64,000 nt of DNA from an uncultured Chloroflexia bacterium (GTDB lineage: Bacteria; Chloroflexota; Limnocylindria; Limnocylindrales; CSP1-4). Under the pieces are notes generated by a model. The model searched no databases, had not been told where the DNA came from, and saw nothing but the letters and a program-made list of their open reading frames with translations. Where the stretch lies: positions 224,001 through 288,000 of the forward strand of contig CAVVNQ010000002.1 in the NCBI GenBank assembly GCA_963749705.1. The letters are read 5' to 3'. Positions 8,401 to 18,366 of this stretch are shown piece after piece. How positions within the stretch are numbered: position 1 is the first letter of the stretch; each line of letters opens with the position of its first letter. The position numbers and the translations under genes are program-made.

Positions 8401-10037
8401 ACTTCCCGCCGCCCGAGGACCCGGACGACCTCGCACCCTCGGGACGCCGTCGCGCCCTGCTCGCCGTCGTGGCCGTGCTGGTCGCGGCCGCGATGCTGGT
8501 CCGCCTGTGGCCGATGGGCAGGCCGGGGTCCGACCCGGTGGCTGCCGCCGATCCGGGCACCGTGACCGTGCTCGCGGGCGCACCGGCGTCGATCGACCCG
8601 GCCTTTCACGGCGACCTCGGGAGCGCCTCGTACGTGAGCCAGCTGTTCGAGACGCTGACGGCGGTCGACCCGTCGCTCACGGTGCAGCCCGCGCTGGCCG
8701 CGTCGTGGTCGATCGGCAATGACGGCCGACAGGTCGTGTTCACGCTTCGCCAGGGGCTGACGTTCAGCGACGGAAGCGCGCTCACCGCCGCCGACGTCGT
8801 CCGAAGCTGGCGACGCCTGTTCGATCCGGCGCATCCGTCGCCGCTCGCCTCGCTGGCGGCAGATGTCGTGGGTGCCCGGGACCTGCTGGGCGGTCGCTCA
8901 TCCGACCCGTCGACGCTCGGCGTCCACGCCGACGGCGACCTGCGCGTCGTGGTGGACATGGAGCGCGGCGGTGGCGACCTGCCGGCGATCGTGTCCGGCG
9001 CGCCCTTCGCCGTCGTCCCGCGGTCGGTCGGCAGCAGTGAGATCGCGCCCGAGCCTTCGACCTTCGTGGGCAGCGGGGGCTACGTCCTCTCGGACGTCCA
9101 GCCCGACGCCTTCGTGCTCACCGCCAACCCGCACTACTGGGCGGGCAAGCCGGCGATCGAGACCGTGCGGATGCTGACCACGATCGCCGGCCAGAGTCCG
9201 GTCGATGCGTTCGTCGCCGGCGACGTGGATGTCGCCCCGATCGGCTTCGTCGACGCGGGCTGGATCGCCTACGACCGCACCCTCGGGCCGTCGCTGCGCA
9301 GCGATCCGTCGCTGTCGGTGACCTACTACGGCTTCGACGCCCGGCAGCCGCCGTTCGACGATCCCCTCGTCCGGCGCGCCTTCGCCGAGGCGGTCGACTG
9401 GCGCCGCCTCGCCCGGCTCGACGAGGTGGGCTCGTCGGTCCCCGCGACGGGCATCGTTCCCGCGGGCATGCCCGGTGCCCCGAGCGGCGACTACATGCCT
9501 GCCTTCGATCCGGCGGGTGCGCGCGCGCTGCTGGCGCAGGCGGGCTTCCCCGGTGGCGCCGGCTTCCCGTCGGTCAGCTTCATCTCGAGCGGCGGTCGCT
9601 ACGACGAGGGGATCGTGGCCATGCTCCGGGACAACCTGGGGGTGACGGTCGACTACGCGACGATGGACTTCGGCCCCTACATCGATCGCCTGGCCGCGGA
9701 TCCGCCGGACATCTGGAACCTGTCCTGGGTGGCCGACTACCCGGGACCCAACGACTTCCTGGGCGTGCTCCTGGGCACGGGATCGACCGCAAACGAGGGC
9801 CGCTGGTCAAATCCGGAGTTCGACGCCGCGATCGCCGATGCGGGAGCCGCGACGAGCGCCGAGGAGGCCACCACCGCATACGCCCGGGCGATGGCGATCG
9901 TCCGTGACCAGGTGCCGATCGTGCCCGTGAGCTACGGGACATCGTTCTCGCTGGTGCGGGACGGCCTGCTCGGCGCCAGCCAGAACGGGCTCGGGATCAT
10001 GCGGCTGGCGGGGCTCGCGTGGAGGACGGGACAGTGA
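8382..10037 (+). CDS. Peptide ABC transporter substrate-binding protein (family 5, OppA-like)
   Basis: N-terminal TM anchor, SIDPA, LFETL, PALAASW, FTLRQGLTFSDGSALTAADV, PFDDPLVRRAF, WVADYP. Confidence 0.92.
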   Translation: MVEADLNFPPPEDPDDLAPSGRRRALLAVVAVLVAAAMLVRLWPMGRPGSDPVAAADPGTVTVLAGAPASIDPAFHGDLGSASYVSQLFETLTAVDPSLTVQPALAASWSIGNDGRQVVFTLRQGLTFSDGSALTAADVVRSWRRLFDPAHPSPLASLAADVVGARDLLGGRSSDPSTLGVHADGDLRVVVDMERGGGDLPAIVSGAPFAVVPRSVGSSEIAPEPSTFVGSGGYVLSDVQPDAFVLTANPHYWAGKPAIETVRMLTTIAGQSPVDAFVAGDVDVAPIGFVDAGWIAYDRTLGPSLRSDPSLSVTYYGFDARQPPFDDPLVRRAFAEAVDWRRLARLDEVGSSVPATGIVPAGMPGAPSGDYMPAFDPAGARALLAQAGFPGGAGFPSVSFISSGGRYDEGIVAMLRDNLGVTVDYATMDFGPYIDRLAADPPDIWNLSWVADYPGPNDFLGVLLGTGSTANEGRWSNPEFDAAIADAGAATSAEEATTAYARAMAIVRDQVPIVPVSYGTSFSLVRDGLLGASQNGLGIMRLAGLAWRTGQ

Positions 10038-11407
10038 GCGCCGCGAGCGCCCAGGCCGGCGTGCGGATGGGCCGCGTGCCGCGTCCGCTCCTCGCAGCGC
10101 TGGCGTGCGCCGCGGTCCTCCTGTCGTCGATGGCGCCGGCAACGGCCGCGGCCGGCGTCGTGTTCGGCACGCCGTCGGCATCGGTCAGCTACGACCAGTC
10201 GATCGAGTTCAGCGTCCCGGTCACGGCCGGCGAGGCGATCGACCGGTTGGAGCTGCACCTGACGTTCCCGGACTCGCTCGGGCCGTACATCGTCGAGGTG
10301 ACGCCGCCCGCGGGCTCGGCCACGCAGACGGCGCGCTACACGCTCGACCTCACAGGCGACGGCCACCTCGTGCCCAACACGACGATCGTCGAGCAGTGGG
10401 TGGCGACCACCGCCGCGGGCGTGCAGGCCAGCAGCCCGGAGCATTCCGTCCTGTACGCCGACACCACGCACGACTGGAGGTCCGTCAGGGGCGAGCTGAT
10501 GACGGTCCACTGGTACGACGGTGACCCGAGCTTCGCGCAGCGGGCGCTGGCGATCGGGGAGAAGGCGATCCACGACACGAGCGCCCTGCTGGGCGTGACC
10601 GAGAGCGATCCGGTCGACTTCTTCATCTACGGCGACGACGCTTCGTTCCGTGCCGCACTGGGGCCCGGAACCCGAGAGAACGTCGGCGGCCAGGCGCACG
10701 CGGACATCCGGACGCTGTTCGCGCTGATCACCCCCAACGCGATCAACGACCCGTGGGTCGGCGTCGTGGTGCCGCACGAGCTCGTTCACCTGGTGTTCGA
10801 CACCGCGGTCCGCAACCCGTACCGGTTCCCGCCCCGATGGCTCAACGAAGGGCTCGCGGTCTACCTGTCCGAGGGCTACACCCAGTCCGACCAGGGACGG
10901 GTCGCGAACGCCGTACGGTCGAAGGACCTGATCCCGCTCGACGCGCTGGGTGGCCAGTTTCCGACGGACGCCGACAAGACGTACCTCGCGTACGCGGAGA
11001 GCGTGTCCGCGATCGACCACCTGGTCCGGACCAAGGGCTCGGACACGCTGTACGGGCTGATCCTGGGCTACAAGGACGGGCTGACCGACGACGAGGCGTT
11101 CACCCGCGCGCTGGGCACGGACCTGGCGGGGTTCCAGGCGGGCTGGCTGAACGAGCTGGGCGCCGCTCCGCCGGTCAGGTATGGTCCGCAGCCGGCGCCG
11201 GCCGGGCCGTTGCCGGCCGAATGGGGCGGCGCGGACCAGACGCCCGCAGCCGGGGCTCCGTCGGCCGGGGTCACGCCCGCCGCAGGGCCGTCCTCACCGG
11301 CGAGCGCCGGAGGCGATGCCGGGCAGCTGTACCTCGCCGTTGCGGTGGTCGTGCTGGCCGTGGGTCTCGGCCTCGTTCTGGCCCGGCGGCGGAGTCGGGT
11401 CGCATGA
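10034..11407 (+). CDS. Peptidase MA family (gluzincin) metallohydrolase, secreted and C-terminally anchored
   Basis: Signal peptide, HELVH followed by PRWLNEGLA, AYAES motif, Pro/Ala linker and C-terminal TM with basic tail. GTG overlaps the SBP stop. Confidence 0.88.
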   Translation: MSAASAQAGVRMGRVPRPLLAALACAAVLLSSMAPATAAAGVVFGTPSASVSYDQSIEFSVPVTAGEAIDRLELHLTFPDSLGPYIVEVTPPAGSATQTARYTLDLTGDGHLVPNTTIVEQWVATTAAGVQASSPEHSVLYADTTHDWRSVRGELMTVHWYDGDPSFAQRALAIGEKAIHDTSALLGVTESDPVDFFIYGDDASFRAALGPGTRENVGGQAHADIRTLFALITPNAINDPWVGVVVPHELVHLVFDTAVRNPYRFPPRWLNEGLAVYLSEGYTQSDQGRVANAVRSKDLIPLDALGGQFPTDADKTYLAYAESVSAIDHLVRTKGSDTLYGLILGYKDGLTDDEAFTRALGTDLAGFQAGWLNELGAAPPVRYGPQPAPAGPLPAEWGGADQTPAAGAPSAGVTPAAGPSSPASAGGDAGQLYLAVAVVVLAVGLGLVLARRRSRVA

Positions 11408-12171
11408 GCGCCATCGCGGCTCGCGTTCGTGCGATCCCGAGCTGGCAGGTCACGCTCGGGTTTGCGTTGCTGGGCCTGGGCTTCCTCGTCGCGGCGCAGC
11501 TCGCGTCGGAGGGTCCGCGCATCCGGTACACGAGCCAGGAGCGGACGCCGCTGGTCGAGACGGCACGGGACCTCCAGGCACAGCAGGACGGGCTCAAGCA
11601 GCAGATCCTCGAGCTCCGCGGCGCCATCCAGGACCTGGAAGCGGCGGGCCAGGGCGGCGCCGCCATCACCCGCCAGCTCAACAGCGACCTGGAGAGCGCG
11701 CGGATCGCCGCCGGGCTGGTGGCCATGACCGGACCCGGCATCGTGCTCCAGCTGACGGACTCGGACGCGGCGGTCCCGCCCGACGGCAGCCAGCGCGACT
11801 ACCTGGTGTCAGGCCAGGACGTGCTGACGGTGGTCGAGGAGCTGTGGCTCGCCGGTGCCGAGGGCATCGCCGTCAACGGGGAGCGGATCGCCGTCGCCAC
11901 CGCCATCGTCGACATCGGCGGCTCGGTCCTGGTCAACTCCGCGTACATCGCGGCGCCCTACCAGATCTCGGCGATCGGCCCGGCGGACATGTTCGACCGC
12001 CTGACCCGGTCCGCGGGGTTCGTCGACTTCATCCGCGCCCGGTCGGAGACCTTCGGGATCGGCGTGTCCTACGCGGTCCCGGAATCCGTCGATCTTCCCG
12101 CCTATGCCGGATCGGTGCTGCTGCGGTACGGGCACACCATTCCGATCCCCGCATCATCGGCGGCTCCCTGA
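11404..12171 (+). CDS. DUF881 family protein (YlxW/YlxX-like)
   Basis: N-terminal TM, coiled coil, AGLVAMTGPGIVLQLTD, VEELWLAGAEGIAVNGERI, APYQISAIG. Confidence 0.9.
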   Translation: MSAIAARVRAIPSWQVTLGFALLGLGFLVAAQLASEGPRIRYTSQERTPLVETARDLQAQQDGLKQQILELRGAIQDLEAAGQGGAAITRQLNSDLESARIAAGLVAMTGPGIVLQLTDSDAAVPPDGSQRDYLVSGQDVLTVVEELWLAGAEGIAVNGERIAVATAIVDIGGSVLVNSAYIAAPYQISAIGPADMFDRLTRSAGFVDFIRARSETFGIGVSYAVPESVDLPAYAGSVLLRYGHTIPIPASSAAP

Positions 12172-12845
12172 TGCGTCGGCCGTCGGGTCGCCTCACGGTG
12201 AGCCTCGTGCTGATGCTGCTGGGCTTCCTGGTCGTCGTCCAGCTGCGCCTCCAGGCCGTCAACCCCGGCCTCGCCGGCCTGTCCGCGCAGGATCTGACCG
12301 TGCTGGTCGCCAACCTGACCACGCGCAACAACCAGCTGCGCGACGAGATCACGACGCTCGAGCGCCAGCGAGACTCGGTTTCGGCGGCCATCGACCGCGG
12401 CGACACCTCCGCCGTCCAGATCCGCACCGACCTCGGCAGGATCCAGGGATGGTCGGGTGCGCTGGCGATCACCGGTCCCGGGGTCCGCATCGTGGTGGAG
12501 GGGCCGATTGCGGGCGATGGCGTGAGCCAGCTGATCAACGAGCTGCGCAACGCCGGCGCCGAGGGGATCTCGATCGGCGGCATCCGCGACGTGCCCGGCG
12601 TCGTGGCGACCGGACCGGCTGACGCGCTGACGGTCAATGGCGTGACCCCGCCGGAGCCGCTGGAGATCCTCGCCGTCGGGCAGCCCGAGACGCTCACCGG
12701 GTCGCTGACCCGAGCCGGCGGCCCGATCGCCCAGCTGGCGGCACGATTCCCGGATACCACGGTGACCGTGATCGCCGTCGACGGCGTCACCCTGCCGGCC
12801 ACCGAGCGCAACCTCAACCCGATCCTCGGCAAGCCGCGTCTCTGA
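12171..12845 (+). CDS. DUF881 family protein (second paralog)
   Basis: MRRPSGRLTVSLVLMLLGFLVVVQ, coiled coil, GALAITGPGVRI, INELRNAGAEGISI. TGATG overlap with the previous gene. Confidence 0.88.
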   Translation: MRRPSGRLTVSLVLMLLGFLVVVQLRLQAVNPGLAGLSAQDLTVLVANLTTRNNQLRDEITTLERQRDSVSAAIDRGDTSAVQIRTDLGRIQGWSGALAITGPGVRIVVEGPIAGDGVSQLINELRNAGAEGISIGGIRDVPGVVATGPADALTVNGVTPPEPLEILAVGQPETLTGSLTRAGGPIAQLAARFPDTTVTVIAVDGVTLPATERNLNPILGKPRL

Positions 12846-12919
12846 CAGCGCTCCGCCGCGCGCCGTCCCGATCTGGGGCCCCGGTCGGCATCCCGTGCGC
12901 CCTCTGCTACCCTCGGCCG

Positions 12920-13159
12920 GTGTCAGGAAGTCCCGTCCTCGAGCTGCTCCTGGGCGATGTCGTTCGCCTGCGGCGGCGCCATCCGTGCGGCGGGGATACC
13001 TGGCTCATCGACCGGCTGGGCGCGGACATCGGCCTCCGGTGCGAGACCTGCAACCGGCACACCCTGATCGCGCGGCCGTCGCTCGAGCGCAGGATCGCAG
13101 GGTTCGTCCGGCGCGGTGATCCCGGGATCAGCGCCGCGATCGGTCCACAGCGACCGTGA
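12920..13159 (+). CDS. DUF951 family small protein
   Basis: LGDVVRLRRRHPCGGDTWLIDRLGADIGLRCETCNRH signature. TGC-TACCCT lies 6 nt before the GTG. Confidence 0.9.
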   Translation: MSGSPVLELLLGDVVRLRRRHPCGGDTWLIDRLGADIGLRCETCNRHTLIARPSLERRIAGFVRRGDPGISAAIGPQRP

Positions 13160-14814
13160 ACGATCGCGACACGGGGGCCGTCGCGATCGGACCGGCCGGT
13201 ACCGGCGCGGGCGGCGGGGAACCACAGTCGAGCGCGCTCGAGGTCTTCCGGAACCGTCCGTTCCTGCTGCTCTGGCTGAGCCAGGCGTTCACGCAGGTCG
13301 GCGGCAACATGGTCATCTATGGCCTGACCGTCATCATCCTCGAGTCCACGTCGTCGAAGACCGCGGTCAGCCTGCTCATCCTCACGTTCCTGGTGCCGGC
13401 GGTCCTGTTCTCGGCGCTGGCGGGCGTGTACGTCGATCGGGTGGACCGGCGCACGATCCTGGTGGTGACGAACCTGCTGCGCGCGGCGGCATTCGTGCTC
13501 ACCTTCCTCGCCGGCAGCAACCTGCCGGTGATCCTGGTCCTCAACGTCCTGGTCTCGACCATCACCGTGTTCTTCGGGCCGGCGGAGGCGGCGATGATCC
13601 CGCACCTCGTGCCGCGCCGCCAGCTCATCTCCGCCAACGGGATCTTCACGCTCACCCTCAATGCCGCGTTCGCGATCGGGTTCGCGCTGCTGGGACCGAT
13701 CGTGGTCACGATCGCCGGGGCGCCGGCCCTGATCCTGCTCGTCGCGGCCTGCTACCTGATGGCCGCGGCGTTCTGCTGGACGCTGCCGTCCGCCCCGCCG
13801 ACGCCGATCGAGGGAGGCTCGGCCCGGGGCGTGGTGGGTGATGCGGAGCAGGCCGTGGGGTCCACCATCGCGCAGCTGCGCGATGGCATCGACTTCATCC
13901 GCGCCAATCCGACGATCACCTGGTCGCTGTTCTACCTCGGCATCGCCGCCTCGCTGGTGGGCGTCCTCGGGGTCCTCGGCACGGACTTCGCGACGTCGTC
14001 GCTGGGGCTCGCGCCAAAGGACTTCGTGGTCGTCGTGCTGCCGCTCGGGTTCGGCATCGCGACCGGGATCCTGGTGCTCAACTCGTTCGGGCACATGGTC
14101 CCGCGCCGCCGGATCATCGAGAGTGGCCTGGTGGCCCTGGGCGTCCTGCTGGCGGCGCTTGCGGCCGCCGGTCCGATCTCGCGGTTCCTCAAGGGCGCGC
14201 AGGCGGCAACCGGGCTCACTGACCTGTCGGGCCTGACCTCGCTGCTGGCGATCGTGATCCTCATCGCCCTGCTGGCCGGTATGGCCTATGGGTTCGTCGC
14301 CATCCCGTCGCAGACGCAGCTCCAGGAGGAGCTGCCGGAGGAGGTTCGTGGCCGCGTGTTCGGGGTGCTCAACATGCTGGTGTCGGTTGCGAGCTTCCTG
14401 CCGATCATCGTGGTCGGCCCGGTCTCCGACCTCCTCGGCACCACGATCGTGCTGGTCCTGGTCGCCGCGTTCGTCGGCCTTTCGGGCGTGCTGTCGATCG
14501 TCACCCGGGGGCCGCTCAACGTGGTCGAGTCACGGGCGAGGGCGATCGGTCCGCTGACGCCGGCGGCGATCGACCCGATGGCCGTCAGCATTGCGACCGA
14601 GGTGGACGCGGAGGAGCGCCGCGGGCGCGAGAAGGCCGAGTTCGCCCATGCGCCGTCCGCCACCGGCGAGATTGGCGGCGGCGAGACGGGAGCCGGTGGC
14701 ACGGCTGGCGGCGGGAGCGGACCCGGCGAACTGGGCGGCGGCGCCGGTGGACGCGGACCCAGCGCGGGCTCGGACCCGGGCGCAGGTCCGCGAGGAGGCT
14801 CGGGCCCCGGATGA
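13156..14814 (+). CDS. MFS transporter (DHA3/H+ antiporter-like)
   Basis: FRNRPFLLLWLSQAFTQVG, motif A GVYVDRVDRR, 12 TM pattern, LQEELPEEVRGRVFG. Gly-rich C-terminal tail. Confidence 0.92.
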   Translation: MNDRDTGAVAIGPAGTGAGGGEPQSSALEVFRNRPFLLLWLSQAFTQVGGNMVIYGLTVIILESTSSKTAVSLLILTFLVPAVLFSALAGVYVDRVDRRTILVVTNLLRAAAFVLTFLAGSNLPVILVLNVLVSTITVFFGPAEAAMIPHLVPRRQLISANGIFTLTLNAAFAIGFALLGPIVVTIAGAPALILLVAACYLMAAAFCWTLPSAPPTPIEGGSARGVVGDAEQAVGSTIAQLRDGIDFIRANPTITWSLFYLGIAASLVGVLGVLGTDFATSSLGLAPKDFVVVVLPLGFGIATGILVLNSFGHMVPRRRIIESGLVALGVLLAALAAAGPISRFLKGAQAATGLTDLSGLTSLLAIVILIALLAGMAYGFVAIPSQTQLQEELPEEVRGRVFGVLNMLVSVASFLPIIVVGPVSDLLGTTIVLVLVAAFVGLSGVLSIVTRGPLNVVESRARAIGPLTPAAIDPMAVSIATEVDAEERRGREKAEFAHAPSATGEIGGGETGAGGTAGGGSGPGELGGGAGGRGPSAGSDPGAGPRGGSGPG

Positions 14815-16473
14815 GCGCGGCGCTGCGAGCCGGCCTGATCGTTCGCGGGCGGATCGCGACGCTCGCCGGATCCGATGGCCCGGGCTGGGTCGAGGCGGTC
14901 GCGGTCGCCGATGGGCGCGTGCTGGCGGCGGGCACCAGTGCGGACATCGAGCGGCTCGCGGGCGTCGGGACGCAGCGGATCCAGCTGCCGCCGGACGCGG
15001 TGGCGATCCCGGGCCTGACCGACGCGCACCTCCACCTGGTCGAGGCCGCGCTCGCCCGCGCGCGGGTGGACCTCCATGCGGCAGCCTCGATCGACGTGGC
15101 GCTCGACCGGGTCGCCGAGGCGGCGGCCGCGCAGCCCGATCCGGACCGCTGGATCGAAGGTGCCGGCTGGGACGCGGACCGGTTCGGACGGTGGCCGATG
15201 GCCGATGATCTCGAGCGCGTCGCCCCCGGCCGGCTCGTCGCGTTGTGGGCGCACGATCATCACGCGCTGCTCGTGAGCCGCCGGGCGCTGACGGAGGCGG
15301 GCATCGATCCCGGCCGGACCGATCCCGATGGCGGCGTGATCCGGCGCGATGCGGACGGACGGCCGACGGGCGTGCTCCACGAGACGGCGGCCCGCCTCGT
15401 GTCGGCGCGGATCCCGCCCCCGGATGCGGCGACGATCGAGTCGGCGATGCGGCCGCTTGCCCGCGAGCTGCTGGGACTGGGCGTGGTCGCCGTCCATGAT
15501 CCCGGGGGCCTGGCGCTCCAGGACGGCCTCCGCGGCCCGATCGCCGCGTACCGCCATCTCGCGGCCACGGACTCGCTCGACCTCCGCGTCCATGCGTGCA
15601 TCCGGCCCGAACAGCTCGACGCTGCCGAGGGGGAGGGCGTGCGCAGCGGTGCCCCGCTGGGCCCGGACCCCCGCGACCGCCTCCGGATGGGCTGGCTCAA
15701 GACGTTTGCGGACGGCACGCTCGGATCGCGGACGGCGGCGCTGCTGGATCCGCTCCAGCCGATCGCGGGCGAGCCGCCGCCGCCCAACGAGCGGGTATGG
15801 CGTGTGGATGGTGCCGCCGGACGCGCTTCGCGAGCAGGCCGCACGCGCCGCGGCCGCGGGCATCGCCACCCAGATCCACGCGATCGGAGACGCAGCGGTC
15901 CGGGCGGCGCTCGATGCCCTGGCCCCGACCGTCGGCACCACGCCGCTGATGCCCCGCGTGGAGCACGTCCAGCTCATCGCCGACGCCGACGTGCCACGGT
16001 TCGCGGCGCTCGGGATCGCGGCATCCGTGCAGCCGATCCATGTCCGGTCGGACGCGGCGAAGGCGCGCCGCCTGTGGGGTCCGCGGGCCGAGGCTCGCGC
16101 CTACGCCCTGGCCGCGCTTGCCCGGGCCGGCGCGGTCGTCCCCGCCGGGACCGACGCCCCGGTGGAGCCGGTGGACCCCTGGCCCGGGATCGCCTGCGCC
16201 GTCACCCGCGCCGCGCCGTCGTGGCCGGTGGGGACGCCCGCCTTCGGACCGGCCAACGCGCTGTCGCTGTGGCGGTCGATCCGGGCGAGCTGCGTCGACC
16301 CGGCGATCAGCGCGGGAGAAGGGGATCGGGGACGGCTGACCCCGGGTCAGCGCGCCGACATCGTGGTCATCCCGGCCGCGGCGATCAGCGAGCCGGTCGA
16401 GGTTGATGGTGCGCTGTGGCACGCACGTCCGCTGCTGGTCCTGGTGGACGGCGAGGTCGTCGCGGGCGCCTGA
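14811..16473 (+). CDS. Amidohydrolase 3 family (YtcJ-like); apparent +1 frameshift near 15791
   Basis: PGLTDAHLH, HDHH and KTFADGTLGSRTAAL are in one frame. QIHAIGDAA, RVEHVQ, SVQPIH, GTDAPV and GQRADIVV are in the next frame. Confidence 0.85.
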
Positions 16474-16941
16474 TCAGGGTTCCGTCGTTCCCTCTCTCGC
16501 AGCGGTCCACCGGGCGTATCTCGGCGGCCAGTCGTCGGAGCTTGGCCGCGCACCGTAGAGCACATCCTCGACCAGGAGCTCGAAGGCCGGCGCATCGCCG
16601 ACGCTCCAGTCCCAATCGGCGGCAAGGGATGCCCGCCTGACCGGGTCGTCGACCGGCCGCACCCGGCCGCGAACGAGGAACTCATTGGGGACCGCGGGGT
16701 CGAAGTGGGCGTGGAGGGCGTACCGGCCGTCCTGTTCGAGATCGCGCAGCTTCGGTGACCGGAGGATGAACGCGTACAGCCCGCCGTCGACCACCCCCAC
16801 CGTGATCGGGTGCGCCTGGGGAGGCTCGTCCCCCGAGACGGTGATCAGGAGCGCTTCGCCGTGGCCGGTCCGGTACAGGAGCTCTCGGCCCATCGCGGCA
16901 ATGTCCGGTGCCTCGGTCGCGAACTCACCCCAGGTACTCAC
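16474..16941 (-). CDS. Pyridoxamine 5'-phosphate oxidase-like split-barrel protein
   Basis: From GTG 16941: STWGEFATEAPDIAAMGRELL...PPQAHPI...SPKLRDLEQDGRYALH...EFLVRGR. Confidence 0.78.
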   Translation of the reverse strand: MSTWGEFATEAPDIAAMGRELLYRTGHGEALLITVSGDEPPQAHPITVGVVDGGLYAFILRSPKLRDLEQDGRYALHAHFDPAVPNEFLVRGRVRPVDDPVRRASLAADWDWSVGDAPAFELLVEDVLYGARPSSDDWPPRYARWTAAREGTTEP

Positions 16942-16970
16942 GTGCGATCTCCATTTCGTCTGTCGTTCGT

Positions 16971-18353
16971 TCAGGCGGTGCCGTCGAGCCGGCGTCGCGC
17001 CTCGTCGAACAGGCCGTTGAGGATGCGCGACGTCGAGGGGAACGCGTGGATCGTCTCCGCGAGCACGTCCACCGGCACCCTTGCCTTGATCGCGAGCACG
17101 CATTCGTGGATCGCGGCCGATGCGTCCGGGCAGGCCATCGCCGCCCCCACCAGCTCTCGCGTGGCGCGATCCACGACGATCGTGACGTGGCCGGTCTCGG
17201 CTTCGACCGAGTACCCCTTCGACGAGTGGGGGAAGTCGGCGACGCACTCGAATGCATCGATCCCGGCATCGGTGGCCTGGTCGAGGCTGACCCCGACCGA
17301 CGCCGCCTCGGGGTCCATGTACGTGGCGCGGGGAAGGGCGCGGTAGTCGGGCGTCACGGCCTCGCCCAGCGCCATCCGGACGACCATCTCGCCCTGGTAG
17401 TGCGCCTGGTGGGTGTGGAGCTCCGGGCCCGCGGGGTCGCCCGCCACCCACAGGCCGTCCGCCAGCCGCAGGCTGCCGTCGCGACGGTAGGCGCCGGGTC
17501 CCGAGACCTCGATCCCGTACACGTCCAGCCCCAGGTCACGCGTCGGGAACTCGCGCCCGACCGCGAGCAGGACCGCGTGGCCCTCCGCGGTCGTCCCGTT
17601 GTCGAGCTCGATGACGTGGGCGCCGTCGGTCCCGGCGCCCGCGCGCGCCCGTATCGCACGCGACCCGGTCCGGACGCTCACGCCGTCACGCTCGAGCGCG
17701 AACCGGACCGCCTCGGCGTTGCGGGGATGGTCCGTGGGCACGAGCCGCGGCCCGGACTGGACGACCGTGGTCGGCACGCCGAACCGCGCGAAGACCTGGG
17801 CGAGCTCGCAGCCGGTCGGGCCGCCGCCGAGCACGAGCAGGCTCCGGGGCAGCTCGCGCGTCAGCGTCGCATCCCGGTTCGTCCAGGGCTTGGTCTCGGC
17901 GAGCCCCTCGATGGGCGGCACCTTGGACCCCGATCCCACCGCGACCACGATGTTGCGCGCCGCAAGCTCGTGGGTCACGCCGTCATGGCTGACCGTCACG
18001 CGGCCGCGCGCGGTGATCCGGCCCTCGCCGCGGTAGGTGACCGAGCCATCAGACTCGAGCGCCTTGACGTGCGAGGTGTCGTCGGGGTCGAGCGCATCCG
18101 TCGGGCGGTTGACCATGTAGTCGCGGCGATCGGATGCGCGCGACCACGAGTAGTCGGCGCCCGCCGCGTGCCGGTCGGCGCTGTGGAGCAGCGACTTCGA
18201 CGGGATGCACCCGATGTGCGGACACGATCCGCCGAACCACCGGCGGTCGATGACGGCCGAGGTGGCGCCCAGCGCTCGCGCCTTGTGCGCGGCAGCCTCC
18301 CCGGCCGGGCCGGCGCCGATGATCACGAAGTCGAAGGTGTCCATGTCCGTCAT
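16971..18353 (-). CDS. Class I pyridine nucleotide-disulfide oxidoreductase (dihydrolipoyl dehydrogenase/mercuric reductase-like)
   Basis: IIGAGPAG, redox disulfide GGSCPHIGCIPSK, VLGGGPTGCELAQ, VAGD, C-terminal IHAFPST. Confidence 0.9.
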   Translation of the reverse strand: MTDMDTFDFVIIGAGPAGEAAAHKARALGATSAVIDRRWFGGSCPHIGCIPSKSLLHSADRHAAGADYSWSRASDRRDYMVNRPTDALDPDDTSHVKALESDGSVTYRGEGRITARGRVTVSHDGVTHELAARNIVVAVGSGSKVPPIEGLAETKPWTNRDATLTRELPRSLLVLGGGPTGCELAQVFARFGVPTTVVQSGPRLVPTDHPRNAEAVRFALERDGVSVRTGSRAIRARAGAGTDGAHVIELDNGTTAEGHAVLLAVGREFPTRDLGLDVYGIEVSGPGAYRRDGSLRLADGLWVAGDPAGPELHTHQAHYQGEMVVRMALGEAVTPDYRALPRATYMDPEAASVGVSLDQATDAGIDAFECVADFPHSSKGYSVEAETGHVTIVVDRATRELVGAAMACPDASAAIHECVLAIKARVPVDVLAETIHAFPSTSRILNGLFDEARRRLDGTA

Positions 18354-18366
18354 CCTCGCCGAAATC

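Noticed and set aside
16971-18353. Mercuric reductase MerA
   Set aside because: No C-terminal Cys-Cys pair, no N-terminal metal-binding domain and no mer genes nearby.
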